A DNA stretch of 64,000 nt from Methanobacteriota archaeon (GTDB lineage Archaea; Thermoplasmatota; Thermoplasmata; SG8-5; JAGLSY01): contig JAEHCO010000005.1 of the NCBI GenBank assembly GCA_020697715.1, positions 1 to 64,000 on the forward strand, written 5' to 3'. The notes under the pieces were generated by a model. That model searched no databases and had not been told where the DNA came from. It saw only the letters and a program-made list of their open reading frames with translations. This document shows, piece by piece, positions 1 through 10,449 of the stretch. How positions within the stretch are numbered: position 1 is the stretch's first letter; every line of letters begins with the position of its first letter. A program made the translations under genes and the position numbers.

Positions 1-443
<443 letters not shown>

Positions 444-926
444 ACGTAATTCATTTCAATGATGTCTTCGGGCATTGTTGAAAGCTGTTAAACAGCAGAG
501 TGGTCGATATGTGCCTGTAAAGGTATATTATCGTCCATTCACCTGTTTTTCAGATTTTGCACTTGTGTGAAATCTGAAAAGTCAAAATTCATTTTGACTC
601 AACAGAAATACAGAATTACCTTTTACGTCTACAAATTCATGGCATTCATGTCATGAAAAAAGACTTAAATAAAGCAATCTTAGGATTGTTTCTATTTGTG
701 TGTAAATAACAGGACCGGGTATAATTACAAGCTTAATCAGCTAAAAAAATATCTGTTCTGTGTCAATGTCTGGTCAATTTCCTGATCGAAGTTCATAATA
801 TGGTATTCAAGCACTAAATTCGTCGAACGTTTGTAATTTTTTTACATGCTTAATGTAAATTAGATCAACAGATATTTGGAAAGCAATCAAACCTTTTTTA
901 TAACCCTTCCATCATCTGCGCACTCC

Positions 927-2990
927 ATGACTTGCCTCATAATCTGCGAGAAAAACAATGCGGCACAAAGAATATCGACTATTCTATCTTCCGGAAAGTA
1001 CAATAAGACCTATGTGAACAAAGTTCCGGTGTTCAGATTCGCGTACAATAAGAAAGATTGTACGGTAGTTGGTCTTCGTGGTCATATTCTTGGATTAGAT
1101 TATCCGCCAGAGTTCAAAAGATGGCAGCTCCATAATCTGGAGGAGCTGGCAAAGACAGACCCAATAAAGAAACCAACTGTCGGAGCCATCGCATCCGCCC
1201 TGAAGACCGTATCGTCGGGAATTGAAGAAATTGTGATAGCCACAGATTTTGATAGAGAAGGTGAATTGATCGGAGCGGAAGCCCTGGAGATCGTGCAAAA
1301 GAAAGGCATGACGATAAAAAGAGCCAGGTTCAGTGCTTTGACAAAATACGAGGTAGAAAGTGCCTTCGAAAATCTTATTGACATTGATATGAACCTTGCA
1401 AAGGCCGCGGAGACCAGGCAAATAATCGATCTTGCCTGGGGAGCCGCTCTCACAAGGTTCGTTTCCATAGTATCTGACCAGACCGGCAGGGATTTCCTTT
1501 CGGTTGGTCGCGTACAAAGCCCCACTCTCGCACTTGTCGTCGATCGTGAGATGGAGATAGAGAAGTTCGATCCAAAGGCCTTCTGGGAGATCTCCGCCAA
1601 CCTTGAAAAGAAAGATGAAAAAGGCACTTTCACAGCAAAGCATGATCATGGCATATTCTGGGAACCCGAGGAGGCAAACAAGGCCTTCGCCCTGGTAGAA
1701 AAGGCGAAGGAGGCCAAGATAGGCAAGGTGGTGAAAGAGGAAAAGAAAGACTATCCGCCAAACCCCTTCAGCACGACACAGTTTCTGCTGGATGCCAACA
1801 GGATGGGCATATCACCCGCAAGGGCGATGAGCATTGCGGAATCCCTCTACACCGAGGGTTTCATCAGCTACCCAAGGACAGACAATACGGTCTATCCGAA
1901 AAGCCTGCCGATCAAAAAAATACTTCAGGATCTTGTCATGAACTCCGACCTGTCAAAAGAGGCGGAGTCGATATTATCTCAGAGCAGTATCAGACCCACC
2001 CGGGGCAAGAAAGAGACCACGGATCACCCGCCAATTCACCCAGCTTCGGGAGCCAGGAAAAGCAAATTGATAGGTGAGAGATGGGCGATATACGAGCTGG
2101 TGACGAGAAGGTTCCTCGCCACTCTGGCTCAGGCCGCGGATGTCGTGCTCACCAATGCCGACGTCGACATAGAGGGTGAGAAGTTCAAGGCACAGGGCCA
2201 CAATACCACCTACAGAGGATGGTATGACATTTACACTTATTATAAAGTAAAGGATACTTTCATTCCAGATCTTAAAGAAGGAGATAAAGTACCCATCATC
2301 CAGGTTCAAAAGAGAGAAAGCAAGACAAAACCACCGAACCGCTTTAACCAGGGTTCGGTCATCAAGGAGATGGAAAACCTGGGACTTGGTACAAAAAGTA
2401 CCAGGCATGAGATCATCCAGAAGCTTTACGATAGAAGATACATCGATGGTACCCAGCTCCAGCCAACCACGACAGGAAGGGCGCTCATCAAGGCACTGGA
2501 AGAGAGTGCGGAGCAGATAACTCAGCATGAGATGACCAGCACACTGGAAGAGGACATGGAACTTGTCGCGCAGGGAAAGAAAAAGATGGAAGAGGTCATC
2601 GATGAATCAAAGGACATGCTTCTGCAATCCCTCAAGACCCTGGAGAAGAACAAGGACAAGGTGCGCAAAGAGATAAAAGACGCACTGAATAAGCAATCTT
2701 TCATCGCAGATTGCCCCGATTGTGATGGTGGCCAGCTCATGATAAGATGGTCCAAAAGAGGCAAACGATTCGTAGGCTGTTCGGGTTATCCCGCTTGCAG
2801 CAATACCTATGCACTTCCACAGTCAGGTCTTGTAGTTCCACATGATGAAAAATGCGACAGGTGTGGCACACCATCCATCAAGCTCGTCCAGAAGAGAAGA
2901 AAACCAGCAAAGCTGTGTCTTGATCTCGATTGTCAGATCAAGGAGAACACCAAGAATGGCAGGGGCAAGAAGGCCCCGGCAAAGAAGTAG
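927..2990 (+). CDS. topA: DNA topoisomerase I (type IA) with C-terminal zinc ribbons
   Basis: TOPRIM IICEK and ATDFDREGE, SVGRVQSPTL, active-site ISYPRTD, C-terminal CxxC pairs; ATG 927 preferred. Confidence 0.96.
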   Translation: MTCLIICEKNNAAQRISTILSSGKYNKTYVNKVPVFRFAYNKKDCTVVGLRGHILGLDYPPEFKRWQLHNLEELAKTDPIKKPTVGAIASALKTVSSGIEEIVIATDFDREGELIGAEALEIVQKKGMTIKRARFSALTKYEVESAFENLIDIDMNLAKAAETRQIIDLAWGAALTRFVSIVSDQTGRDFLSVGRVQSPTLALVVDREMEIEKFDPKAFWEISANLEKKDEKGTFTAKHDHGIFWEPEEANKAFALVEKAKEAKIGKVVKEEKKDYPPNPFSTTQFLLDANRMGISPARAMSIAESLYTEGFISYPRTDNTVYPKSLPIKKILQDLVMNSDLSKEAESILSQSSIRPTRGKKETTDHPPIHPASGARKSKLIGERWAIYELVTRRFLATLAQAADVVLTNADVDIEGEKFKAQGHNTTYRGWYDIYTYYKVKDTFIPDLKEGDKVPIIQVQKRESKTKPPNRFNQGSVIKEMENLGLGTKSTRHEIIQKLYDRRYIDGTQLQPTTTGRALIKALEESAEQITQHEMTSTLEEDMELVAQGKKKMEEVIDESKDMLLQSLKTLEKNKDKVRKEIKDALNKQSFIADCPDCDGGQLMIRWSKRGKRFVGCSGYPACSNTYALPQSGLVVPHDEKCDRCGTPSIKLVQKRRKPAKLCLDLDCQIKENTKNGRGKKAPAKK

Positions 2991-3059
2991 GTACATTCTG
3001 CCTGCGGTGATGTTGCCAGCATAGCATATTCTCAACAATGTATATTCTGATCCATGCGA

Positions 3060-3173
3060 GCATGCCCCGTCCCGAGTGACGCAGGGTCGGGGTACTGGAT
3101 TTAATTTCTCAGTGAGTGACAAACACCAACGTGCTACTGATTCGGAACCCCGTCTGAAGGGCGGGGGGGTCAA
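3060..3173. mobile_element. Possible non-autonomous IS200/IS605-type end-hairpin remnant (PATE/MITE-like)
   Basis: Two GC hairpins: gccccgtcc...ggtcggggt (3064-3093) and ccccgtct-gaa-gggcgggg followed by gggtca (3148-3172); no transposase. Confidence 0.4.
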
Positions 3174-3219
3174 ACTCTCTAAAACCCTAAACACCCTGGC
3201 GAACCTTATCCACACCCGC

Positions 3220-3591
3220 TCACAAGTACGTAATAGCCGCTCCGATCCCAATCATAATGCATCCAGCTATTGCCATCAATACCATGAAGATGAACTGATT
3301 GTCCCTTCTTCTGGACCTTTCTTTTCCCATCTTTTCGTAATAATTACTGTGATGGGTTCCATGCACGGAGGCAGAATGAACAATAGCCTTCTCAGATCCT
3401 CCACCACCTACCAATGCTCCGATTCCCATGATCAATACACCAGATATGAACATCGCGTATGAGAAGGCTGTGACGAAATCGTTCTCGCTCTTCATGGCGA
3501 ATATGACTGATGCGATGATCGCGATGATTACTGTAGCCAGTATGATCTTCATGAACAATTTCATTATCTTTCTTATCGGGTTCTCTTCCAT
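3220..3591 (-). CDS. Small membrane protein (3 predicted TM helices)
   Basis: Three hydrophobic segments; likely start MEENPIRK. Confidence 0.7.
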   Translation of the reverse strand: MEENPIRKIMKLFMKIILATVIIAIIASVIFAMKSENDFVTAFSYAMFISGVLIMGIGALVGGGGSEKAIVHSASVHGTHHSNYYEKMGKERSRRRDNQFIFMVLMAIAGCIMIGIGAAITYL

Positions 3592-3672
3592 GAAGGATGA
3601 TCTACCTAGGTACTTATAAAGATTATATGGGAATACCTTGGGAATTCCCACACTATGTTTTCTTTGAAGGGT

Positions 3673-4140
3673 CTACCAGACGATGCTCTCCATCATATCC
3701 TCGACGAACCTTTCGCAATAAACGCATTTGAGCTTTATTTCAGAACCATTCTCCACGCTGAATTCCGAGACAATAGGTTCATTTTTATTTGATATACAAT
3801 TGGGATTGGAACACTTGACGATCTCCATAACTTTCTTGGGAAGGGAGACCTGCATTTTCTTCGTGACCTCGGTGTCCTTGATGATGATGATGGTCGCATT
3901 TGGCGCGATCAATGCGATCTTGTCCACTTCCTTCCGCTTCAATTCCCGGTCTTCGATCTTCACAAGGTCCTTGAAGCCCATTTTTTTACTGCTGACGTAC
4001 ATGGCGATGGATATGGACGAATGTGTTTCGGCTTCGGGAATATCAAGTATCCTGCAAACCTTGAGAGCCAGTCCACCAGGGATATGGTCGATGGCTGTGC
4101 CATTGCTTATCGGGGTTATCTTCATTTCCTTTCTAGGCAA
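3673..4140 (-). CDS. pyrI: Aspartate carbamoyltransferase regulatory chain
   Basis: GTAIDHIP, KDLVKIE, CSNPNCIS...CVYCE zinc site; TTG start just after pyrB stop. Confidence 0.95.
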   Translation of the reverse strand: MPRKEMKITPISNGTAIDHIPGGLALKVCRILDIPEAETHSSISIAMYVSSKKMGFKDLVKIEDRELKRKEVDKIALIAPNATIIIIKDTEVTKKMQVSLPKKVMEIVKCSNPNCISNKNEPIVSEFSVENGSEIKLKCVYCERFVEDMMESIVW

Positions 4141-4141
4141 G

Positions 4142-5068
4142 TTACACCACCCCCCCAACAAGGGCCAGCAAGGCCATTCTAACAGGCACACCATTGAAGG
4201 CCTGCCTGAAATAAGCAGAGTGAACTGTGGCATCGATCTCAGGTGGTATCTCATTCACCCTTGGAAGCGGGTGCATGATCCTCATGGTCTGCTTCGCATT
4301 CTTTATCATATCCTGATCCAATCTATATGAGCCAGCGACCTTGATATATTCTGCCGGGTCAGGGAATCTCTCTTTTTGTATTCGAGTAACATAGATAATA
4401 TCACTGTCCGGTATCACGCTTTCCAGGTCATCCGATATTACAGGTTCAGCTCCCTCATCCTCGAGATGCCTTATCACTTCTCCAGGCATCTTCAAGGTTC
4501 TAGGAGAAACAAAAGTGAGTTTTGTATCGAACATGGCCAGGGCATGAGCAAGAGAGTGCGCGGTCCTTCCGTACCTCAGATCACCGACGAGGGCTATGTT
4601 CTTGCCCTCGATGGACCCCAGCTCGTCCTGTATCGTGAAAAGGTCAAGAAGTGTCTGGGTCGGATGCTGGCCTGCACCATCGCCAGCATTTATCACTGGT
4701 TGTTTGGAAAATTGAGCTGCCAAGCGAGCCGAGCCTTCCTGCGGATGTCTAAGGACAACTATATCGGAATAAGCCTCGGCCATCCTTATTGTGTCGGCCA
4801 AAGTTTCACCTTTTGTCGCTGACGTTCCCTTAGCATCGGTGAAGCCCAGCGTGGAGCCTCCAAGACGCAGCATGGCGGCTTTGAAGGATAGGTTGGTTCG
4901 TGTAGATGGCTCGTAGAAAAGAGTTGCAAGTATCTTTCCTTTCATCAGTTCACTGATCTCCTGTCCCTTAGCGGCAGGCACCATGGTCTTAGCCACGGAT
5001 AAAATATGTTCAATTTCCTTCTTTGAAAAATCCCGAATGGACACTACGTCCTTGCCCTTGAAGTTCAT
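4142..5068 (-). CDS. pyrB: Aspartate carbamoyltransferase catalytic chain
   Basis: FYEPSTRT, HPTQTLLD, MHPLPR motifs. Confidence 0.98.
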   Translation of the reverse strand: MNFKGKDVVSIRDFSKKEIEHILSVAKTMVPAAKGQEISELMKGKILATLFYEPSTRTNLSFKAAMLRLGGSTLGFTDAKGTSATKGETLADTIRMAEAYSDIVVLRHPQEGSARLAAQFSKQPVINAGDGAGQHPTQTLLDLFTIQDELGSIEGKNIALVGDLRYGRTAHSLAHALAMFDTKLTFVSPRTLKMPGEVIRHLEDEGAEPVISDDLESVIPDSDIIYVTRIQKERFPDPAEYIKVAGSYRLDQDMIKNAKQTMRIMHPLPRVNEIPPEIDATVHSAYFRQAFNGVPVRMALLALVGGVV

Positions 5069-5188
5069 CGGGCGATGTAATCGACTTGTCGTTTAATATG
5101 GTTTGCCTCGAATCATCCATTATCGATCATCCTTTATGATTGTGCATTGATGATAATTAATATCTAATGATAGATTTATCAGGAGCCG

Positions 5189-5920
5189 ATGAGCGACGAC
5201 CACAAATCAAAGGCATCGGTCATGAACACCTATGACTCCATTGCCAAACATTTCGACGTGACCAGATACAAACCCTGGCCAGAGACCATCAAATTCTCCG
5301 AGATACTGGAACCCGGATCACGAGTGCTGGACTTGGGTTGCGGCAATGGCCGAAATCTTAGACATCTGATATCCAAGGGAATGAAGGTCATGGGCATGGA
5401 TATATCAGCAGGCCAGCTGGATGTCGCCATTGGAAGGGCAAAGAAAGAGATCGCCGGAGATGGGAGCGAATATGGATTTGCCACCGGGGATGTCGAGCAT
5501 GTGCCAGTGAAGGACGACTCGATGGATGCCGTCCTTTATATCGCCACTCTGCACCACCTTACAAGTCCGGATGCTAGGCTTTCCTCCATGAATGAGATAT
5601 GGCGAGTTCTGAAGCCTGGCGGAATGTGCCTTGTAAGTGCATGGGCTCGCGAGCAGGATAAGTTCAAAGATGAATTGGATGAGGGCCAGCATGACATAGG
5701 AGAGGATTGGGAAGAAGGCGATATGCTTCTTCCATGGACCTTAAAAAGTGATGAAGATGTAAAAAATGGTAGAAAGTTCATGAGATATTATCATCTTTAC
5801 TCTGAAAGCGAGTTTGATGACATGCTCGAAGCCACTGCATTCAAAGTACTGGACAGGTATATCGCTTGCGATAATCACTATGCTATCTTACAAAAATTAG
5901 GGCTACCTAACCCAAAATAA
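5189..5920 (+). CDS. Class I SAM-dependent methyltransferase (Trm9/ALKBH8-like)
   Basis: YDSIAKHFDVTRYKPW, VLDLGCGNGR, IATLHHL, RVLKPGG, RYYHLY. Confidence 0.85.
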   Translation: MSDDHKSKASVMNTYDSIAKHFDVTRYKPWPETIKFSEILEPGSRVLDLGCGNGRNLRHLISKGMKVMGMDISAGQLDVAIGRAKKEIAGDGSEYGFATGDVEHVPVKDDSMDAVLYIATLHHLTSPDARLSSMNEIWRVLKPGGMCLVSAWAREQDKFKDELDEGQHDIGEDWEEGDMLLPWTLKSDEDVKNGRKFMRYYHLYSESEFDDMLEATAFKVLDRYIACDNHYAILQKLGLPNPK

Positions 5921-6047
5921 TGGGGAGCCAGTACTTTTGAGCGAGCAGGCTCACCGGAGTTTTCTTATTTGTCCGTCTTTTTCTTTTTGAAAGGTGAGCC
6001 AGCACAGCGAAAATAAAAGAAAAAGTGGGCGATAATCACTATGCTAT
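5868..6047. repeat. 19-bp direct repeat of the methyltransferase 3' end flanking a hairpin insert
   Basis: gcgataatcactatgctat at 5868-5886 and 6029-6047; ggctcacc...ggtgagcc inverted repeat between them. Confidence 0.85.
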
Positions 6048-6180
6048 TCTCAAAAAAACATGATGCTATTTTATCAATTATAACATAGTTAAGTACCAAC
6101 TATTGTTATATATAAGAAGGACTATCGGGCAAAAAAACAGAGTATGAAACCGTAGAAATAACAGTAAGGATGGTGTATAT

Positions 6181-8640
6181 ATGTTCCTAGAAGGAGCCAG
6201 TGACTTTGAAGTAATAGCATTGTGGATAACCCTTTTCGTTGCGTTATCTGGACTACTGTATGCGATTCTCCTGAAGAGATGGGTGGACAAACAACCAAAC
6301 GGTACCCCCAAAATGCAGGAGATATCCGGATGGATCCAGGATGGCGCAGAGGCTTATTTGAGAAAGCAGTTGAAGACCGTGGCGATTGTTGTAGTTATAC
6401 TTGCAGCAGCTCTATTCATGACGGCGTATGCAGGAAAACCACTCAACTTTACCGGAACGGATGATGAGTGGATGCTCATTTCCATTGGCCGTATGATGGC
6501 GTTCCTTATGGGTGCTGGCTTTTCAGCCGCAGTCGGGTATTTTGGCATGAAGATGGCTGTAAAGGCCAATGTCAAGGTCGCACAGGCATCCAGATCCAGC
6601 CTTAGAGAGGCTGTTACCATCGGTTACAGAACTGGAACCATCGTGGGTATGCTCACAGACGGTCTGGGTCTTCTCGGTGGTGTTGTCATATTCATGTTAT
6701 TCGATGTCCATGCTCCAGAAGTTCTTCTGGGATTCGGATTCGGAGGAACTCTCATAGCTCTCTTCATGAGGGTCGGCGGCGGTATATTCACCAAGGCCGC
6801 GGACGTGGGAGCTGACCTTGTCGGTAAGATGGAAAAAGGTATTCCAGAGGATGATCCAAGGAATGCCGCTGTTATAGCCGACAATGTAGGAGACAATGTC
6901 GGTGACTGCGCCGGAATGGCAGCAGATATCTTCGAATCATATGAGGTCACAATGGTCTCAGCAATGATACTTGGTCTGGCTGCCTTCGCAGGTAACCACG
7001 AATACCAATACATCGCTGTTGTATTCCCACTTCTCGTAAGAGCTGTTGGGGTCATCGCATCCATTGTTGGAACTTATGCAGTAAGGTCAAAATCCGAAAA
7101 AGAGAATGTGATGAAGTCCATTCACCGAGGATATGTCCTTTCAGCTATCATGTCGATAGCTGGCTTCGTACTACTTGCCATATTCTGGGTAGAGGGAGCA
7201 TTGAGTGGTCATCCTACGGTCGACCATTTAGGTTACAAGTTCGCAGCAGCTACAGGAGCCGGTATCGTAATGGCCCTTGTGCTTAATTATGTTACAGAAT
7301 ATTTCACAACCACAGAAGCCAGACCGGTCAGGGAGATCGCAAAGGCAACCAAGACAGGATCGGCAACAACCATCCTGAGTGGTCTCGGATGGGGAATGGA
7401 AAGCAGTGTTTGGGCCTTACTCGTCATCGTAGGCGCGATGGTCGCTTCCGCTATGATATTCCCAACAGATCAGCCTTTCATGGTGGCATACGGCGTATCC
7501 CTTTGTGGTATCGGTATGTTGACATTGACTGGAAACACAATCTCAATGGATACCTTCGGCCCAATAGCTGACAATGCAAATGGTATCGGAGAGATGGCTG
7601 GACTTGAGCCAGAGGCCAGGAAGAGAATGGACGACATGGACGCAGTTGGAAACACCACCAAGGCAATAACAAAAGGAATTGCCATCGGATCGGCTGTGAT
7701 CGCGGCTGTTAGCTTGTTCATGGATTTCATAGTCAGAGCTGCTGATGCTGGAAGTACCCTTCTAACTGTAGAAGGCCCGGAGATAACCAGCCATGTCATA
7801 GTAAGTACACCGATTTATTTCGCCGCATTGCTCATAGGAGGTGCAATACCATTCCTGTTCAGTGCAATGTGTATAAGGGCGGTCGAGAGAGCAGCCAGTC
7901 TCATTGTTATCGAGGTTAGGAGGCAATTTGCCACTATCAAAGGATTATGGGAAGGAACAGCAAAGCCAGATTATGAAACACCTGTTGAGATATGCACAGC
8001 CGCAGCCCAGAAAGAACTGGTCGGCCTCGCTCTCCTTGCTATCCTATCTCCAATAATAGTTGGTCTGATATTCAATGAAGTGGCTCTCGGGGCTTTCCTC
8101 GCAGGAGCTATTCTTTCAGCACAGCTTATGGCGGTGTTCATGTCCAATGCTGGAGGAGCATGGGACAATGCAAAGAAATATGTAGAGGACGGCCATCACG
8201 GTGGAAAAGGCTCACCAGCACACATGGCCAGTATCGTAGGAGATACTGTCGGTGATCCACTCAAGGATACAGCAGGTCCAGCCCTGAACCCGATGGTGAA
8301 GGTCATAAACCTCATAGCGGTTCTCATTGTGCCAGTTGTTGTGAAGTACAATATTGGAGCTATTGAGGATCCTGTCGAGATGATGGCAGTCATAGGCGGA
8401 ATTGGCTTTATGATATTTGGAATCGCTTGGGCAGTAATGATGAGCAAGAAGGCAGCCAAGCCAACGAAACCAAAGAACAAGAGGCCGAAGAACCAGAGCC
8501 CAGTAACTGTTCATGAGGAAGAAGTAGAGGAGCCTACCTTTGAGGAGGCTCCATCTGCTCCTGCTCAGATCGATGAGCCAGAAGTTCATCAGCCAGCACC
8601 TCCAGAAGAGGAAGTACCAATAAAATTGGAAACCCAGTAA
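6181..8640 (+). CDS. hppA: Membrane-bound H+-translocating pyrophosphatase, K+-independent signature
   Basis: DVGADLVGK, EDDPRN, DNVGDNVGD, GNTTKA (Lys variant), GDTVGDPLKD. Confidence 0.96.
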   Translation: MFLEGASDFEVIALWITLFVALSGLLYAILLKRWVDKQPNGTPKMQEISGWIQDGAEAYLRKQLKTVAIVVVILAAALFMTAYAGKPLNFTGTDDEWMLISIGRMMAFLMGAGFSAAVGYFGMKMAVKANVKVAQASRSSLREAVTIGYRTGTIVGMLTDGLGLLGGVVIFMLFDVHAPEVLLGFGFGGTLIALFMRVGGGIFTKAADVGADLVGKMEKGIPEDDPRNAAVIADNVGDNVGDCAGMAADIFESYEVTMVSAMILGLAAFAGNHEYQYIAVVFPLLVRAVGVIASIVGTYAVRSKSEKENVMKSIHRGYVLSAIMSIAGFVLLAIFWVEGALSGHPTVDHLGYKFAAATGAGIVMALVLNYVTEYFTTTEARPVREIAKATKTGSATTILSGLGWGMESSVWALLVIVGAMVASAMIFPTDQPFMVAYGVSLCGIGMLTLTGNTISMDTFGPIADNANGIGEMAGLEPEARKRMDDMDAVGNTTKAITKGIAIGSAVIAAVSLFMDFIVRAADAGSTLLTVEGPEITSHVIVSTPIYFAALLIGGAIPFLFSAMCIRAVERAASLIVIEVRRQFATIKGLWEGTAKPDYETPVEICTAAAQKELVGLALLAILSPIIVGLIFNEVALGAFLAGAILSAQLMAVFMSNAGGAWDNAKKYVEDGHHGGKGSPAHMASIVGDTVGDPLKDTAGPALNPMVKVINLIAVLIVPVVVKYNIGAIEDPVEMMAVIGGIGFMIFGIAWAVMMSKKAAKPTKPKNKRPKNQSPVTVHEEEVEEPTFEEAPSAPAQIDEPEVHQPAPPEEEVPIKLETQ

Positions 8641-8658
8641 AATTCAAGACGTGATATC

Positions 8659-9216
8659 ATGTATCTGAAAGTAAGAAGGCAGGATGTAGTCAGGATAGCC
8701 CCGGAGCGCCTTGGCGAAGACATCGACAAACTAGCAGAGGAGCTCACACAAGAGACCTTTGAAGGAAGGATCGTAGGCGACAGAAGCCTTATAGTGCTGA
8801 CTGCCAACATAAAGGTAGAAGGCGAAGGCAGGATCGTTCATGGTGACGGAGCAGTATACCAGAACGTATCCTATGATGCGATAACCTTCAAGCTGGAGAA
8901 CCAGGAAGTCATTGAAGGAACTGTGTGCGAGGTATTGAAATTCGGTGCCTTCATAAGATTCGGGCCATTGGACGGTCTGCTTCACATAAGCCAGGTCATG
9001 GATGATCACATAGACATCGATGGAGATAATCAGAGGCTCATAGGAAAGGAATCTAAGAGAGATCTCAAATCTGAGGCGGATGTACGCGCGAGGATAGTCA
9101 CTGTCAGCGTGAACGAGAGAAGCCCAAGAGAGAGCAAGATCGGCCTGACAATGAGACAAACTGGACTCGGCAAGCTCGAATGGATCGAAGAAGACCTGAA
9201 CAAGAAGGAGGAATGA
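8659..9216 (+). CDS. rpoE1: RNA polymerase subunit E' (Rpo7)
   Basis: GDGAVY, FGAFIRFGPLDGLLHISQV, KIGLTMRQ.GLGK. Confidence 0.96.
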   Translation: MYLKVRRQDVVRIAPERLGEDIDKLAEELTQETFEGRIVGDRSLIVLTANIKVEGEGRIVHGDGAVYQNVSYDAITFKLENQEVIEGTVCEVLKFGAFIRFGPLDGLLHISQVMDDHIDIDGDNQRLIGKESKRDLKSEADVRARIVTVSVNERSPRESKIGLTMRQTGLGKLEWIEEDLNKKEE

Positions 9217-9407
9217 TTATGGCCACGACATTCAGAGCATGTAAAAGTTGCAGTGCGGTCACAGAAGACACAGAGTGTAATATCTGTGGCAGTCCCACCT
9301 CGAGAGAATGGCAGGGATACATCATAATCGTCGACCATACAAAATCCGAGATCGCCAGAAGAATGGGGATCGAGACAAATGGTAAGTTCGCACTCAGGGT
9401 CAGATGA
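9213..9407 (+). CDS. spt4: Transcription elongation factor Spt4 (RpoE'')
   Basis: RACKSC...CNICGS, WQGYIII, SEIARRMGI, FALRVR; conserved position after rpoE1. Confidence 0.93.
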   Translation: MIMATTFRACKSCSAVTEDTECNICGSPTSREWQGYIIIVDHTKSEIARRMGIETNGKFALRVR

Positions 9408-9909
9408 GCGCCGTTGGATACTCCCAGAGGGTATGAGGGATGATCTAAAGGAGATCATCGGAGACATACTGACGGAGAAAGAACTGGCAGATAGACTGGA
9501 CACAGATAATCCCATCATAACTGTCGGAGATATCGTAACACTGACACTACTGGACATGGGCATCGTCCCTGACCTATCGATAGTTGACTATCAGACACAA
9601 AGAGTACCCAGTGAGGAGATAAAGGAAAGGCTGGGAAAGTACGAACAACAGGAGGTATTAGTAAAATCTCCTGCTGGCGAGATAACCGGAGAGCTTTGGG
9701 ACGCCATTGAAGATGGTATTAAAGAGTCCAGGCATCTCAGAATAGTCGTGGAAGGCGAGGAAGACCTTGCAGCGCTGGTCTGCATTTTGCTTGCCTCTGA
9801 CGGCACAAGTGTAATATACGGCATCCCTTTTAAGGGGCTGATGCACCTCTGCGTAGACGCCCACAAACGTGCGTATGCCAGAGAGATACTGACAAAAATG
9901 GAGATATGA
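9379..9909 (+). CDS. DUF359 family, GTP-dependent dephospho-CoA kinase
   Basis: ITVGDIVT, IVDYQTQR, VEGEEDL, YGIP motifs; conserved gene context. Confidence 0.88.
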   Translation: MVSSHSGSDERRWILPEGMRDDLKEIIGDILTEKELADRLDTDNPIITVGDIVTLTLLDMGIVPDLSIVDYQTQRVPSEEIKERLGKYEQQEVLVKSPAGEITGELWDAIEDGIKESRHLRIVVEGEEDLAALVCILLASDGTSVIYGIPFKGLMHLCVDAHKRAYAREILTKMEI

Positions 9910-10214
9910 GCATGGAGCTGAAGATCCTCGAGAAAAAGCAAAACACTTTGCTGAACAGAACAGAAGTGGAGTTCGAACTCACCCACTCGAATGAGCAGAC
10001 ACCAAAGAGAGATGTCGTCAGGGATATGATATCCAAAGAACTGAAGGCAACCAAGGACACTGTGGTCGTAGAGCGGATAAGATCCGAATTCGGCAGGGGC
10101 ATCAGCATTGGATATGCGAAGGTCTACACTTCGAAAGAAATAGCTGTCAAGACAGAAAGAGATCATATTTTGAAGAGGAACAAGCTCTTTGAAGAGAAAA
10201 AGAAGGAGGAGTGA
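9906..10214 (+). CDS. rps24e: 30S ribosomal protein S24e
   Basis: NTLLNRTEV, TPKR, FGRGISIGYAKVY. Confidence 0.95.
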   Translation: MSMELKILEKKQNTLLNRTEVEFELTHSNEQTPKRDVVRDMISKELKATKDTVVVERIRSEFGRGISIGYAKVYTSKEIAVKTERDHILKRNKLFEEKKKEE

Positions 10215-10217
10215 AGC

Positions 10218-10421
10218 ATGCCAAAGCGCGATCTATACCAGATAGAGGGTGACAAGCTCATCAGAAAGAGAAGACATTGCCCAAAATGCGGAGAGGGGAC
10301 CTTCCTGGCCGAGCACAAGGACAGGACGACATGCGGCCACTGCCAATACACGGAATTCAAGAACAAGGCTCCAAAGCCAGAAGCGAAGTCAGCAGATGAC
10401 AAGCCCAAGGCAGATGCCTAA
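10218..10421 (+). CDS. rps27ae: 30S ribosomal protein S27ae
   Basis: [22 protein letters not shown]. Confidence 0.96.
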   Translation: MPKRDLYQIEGDKLIRKRRHCPKCGEGTFLAEHKDRTTCGHCQYTEFKNKAPKPEAKSADDKPKADA

Positions 10422-10449
10422 CTTTAACTCCCTATTATTTTGACAACAC

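Noticed and set aside
3143-3172. Archaeal SECIS element after topA
   Set aside because: No selenoprotein candidate nearby and the hairpin resembles an IS end more than a SECIS
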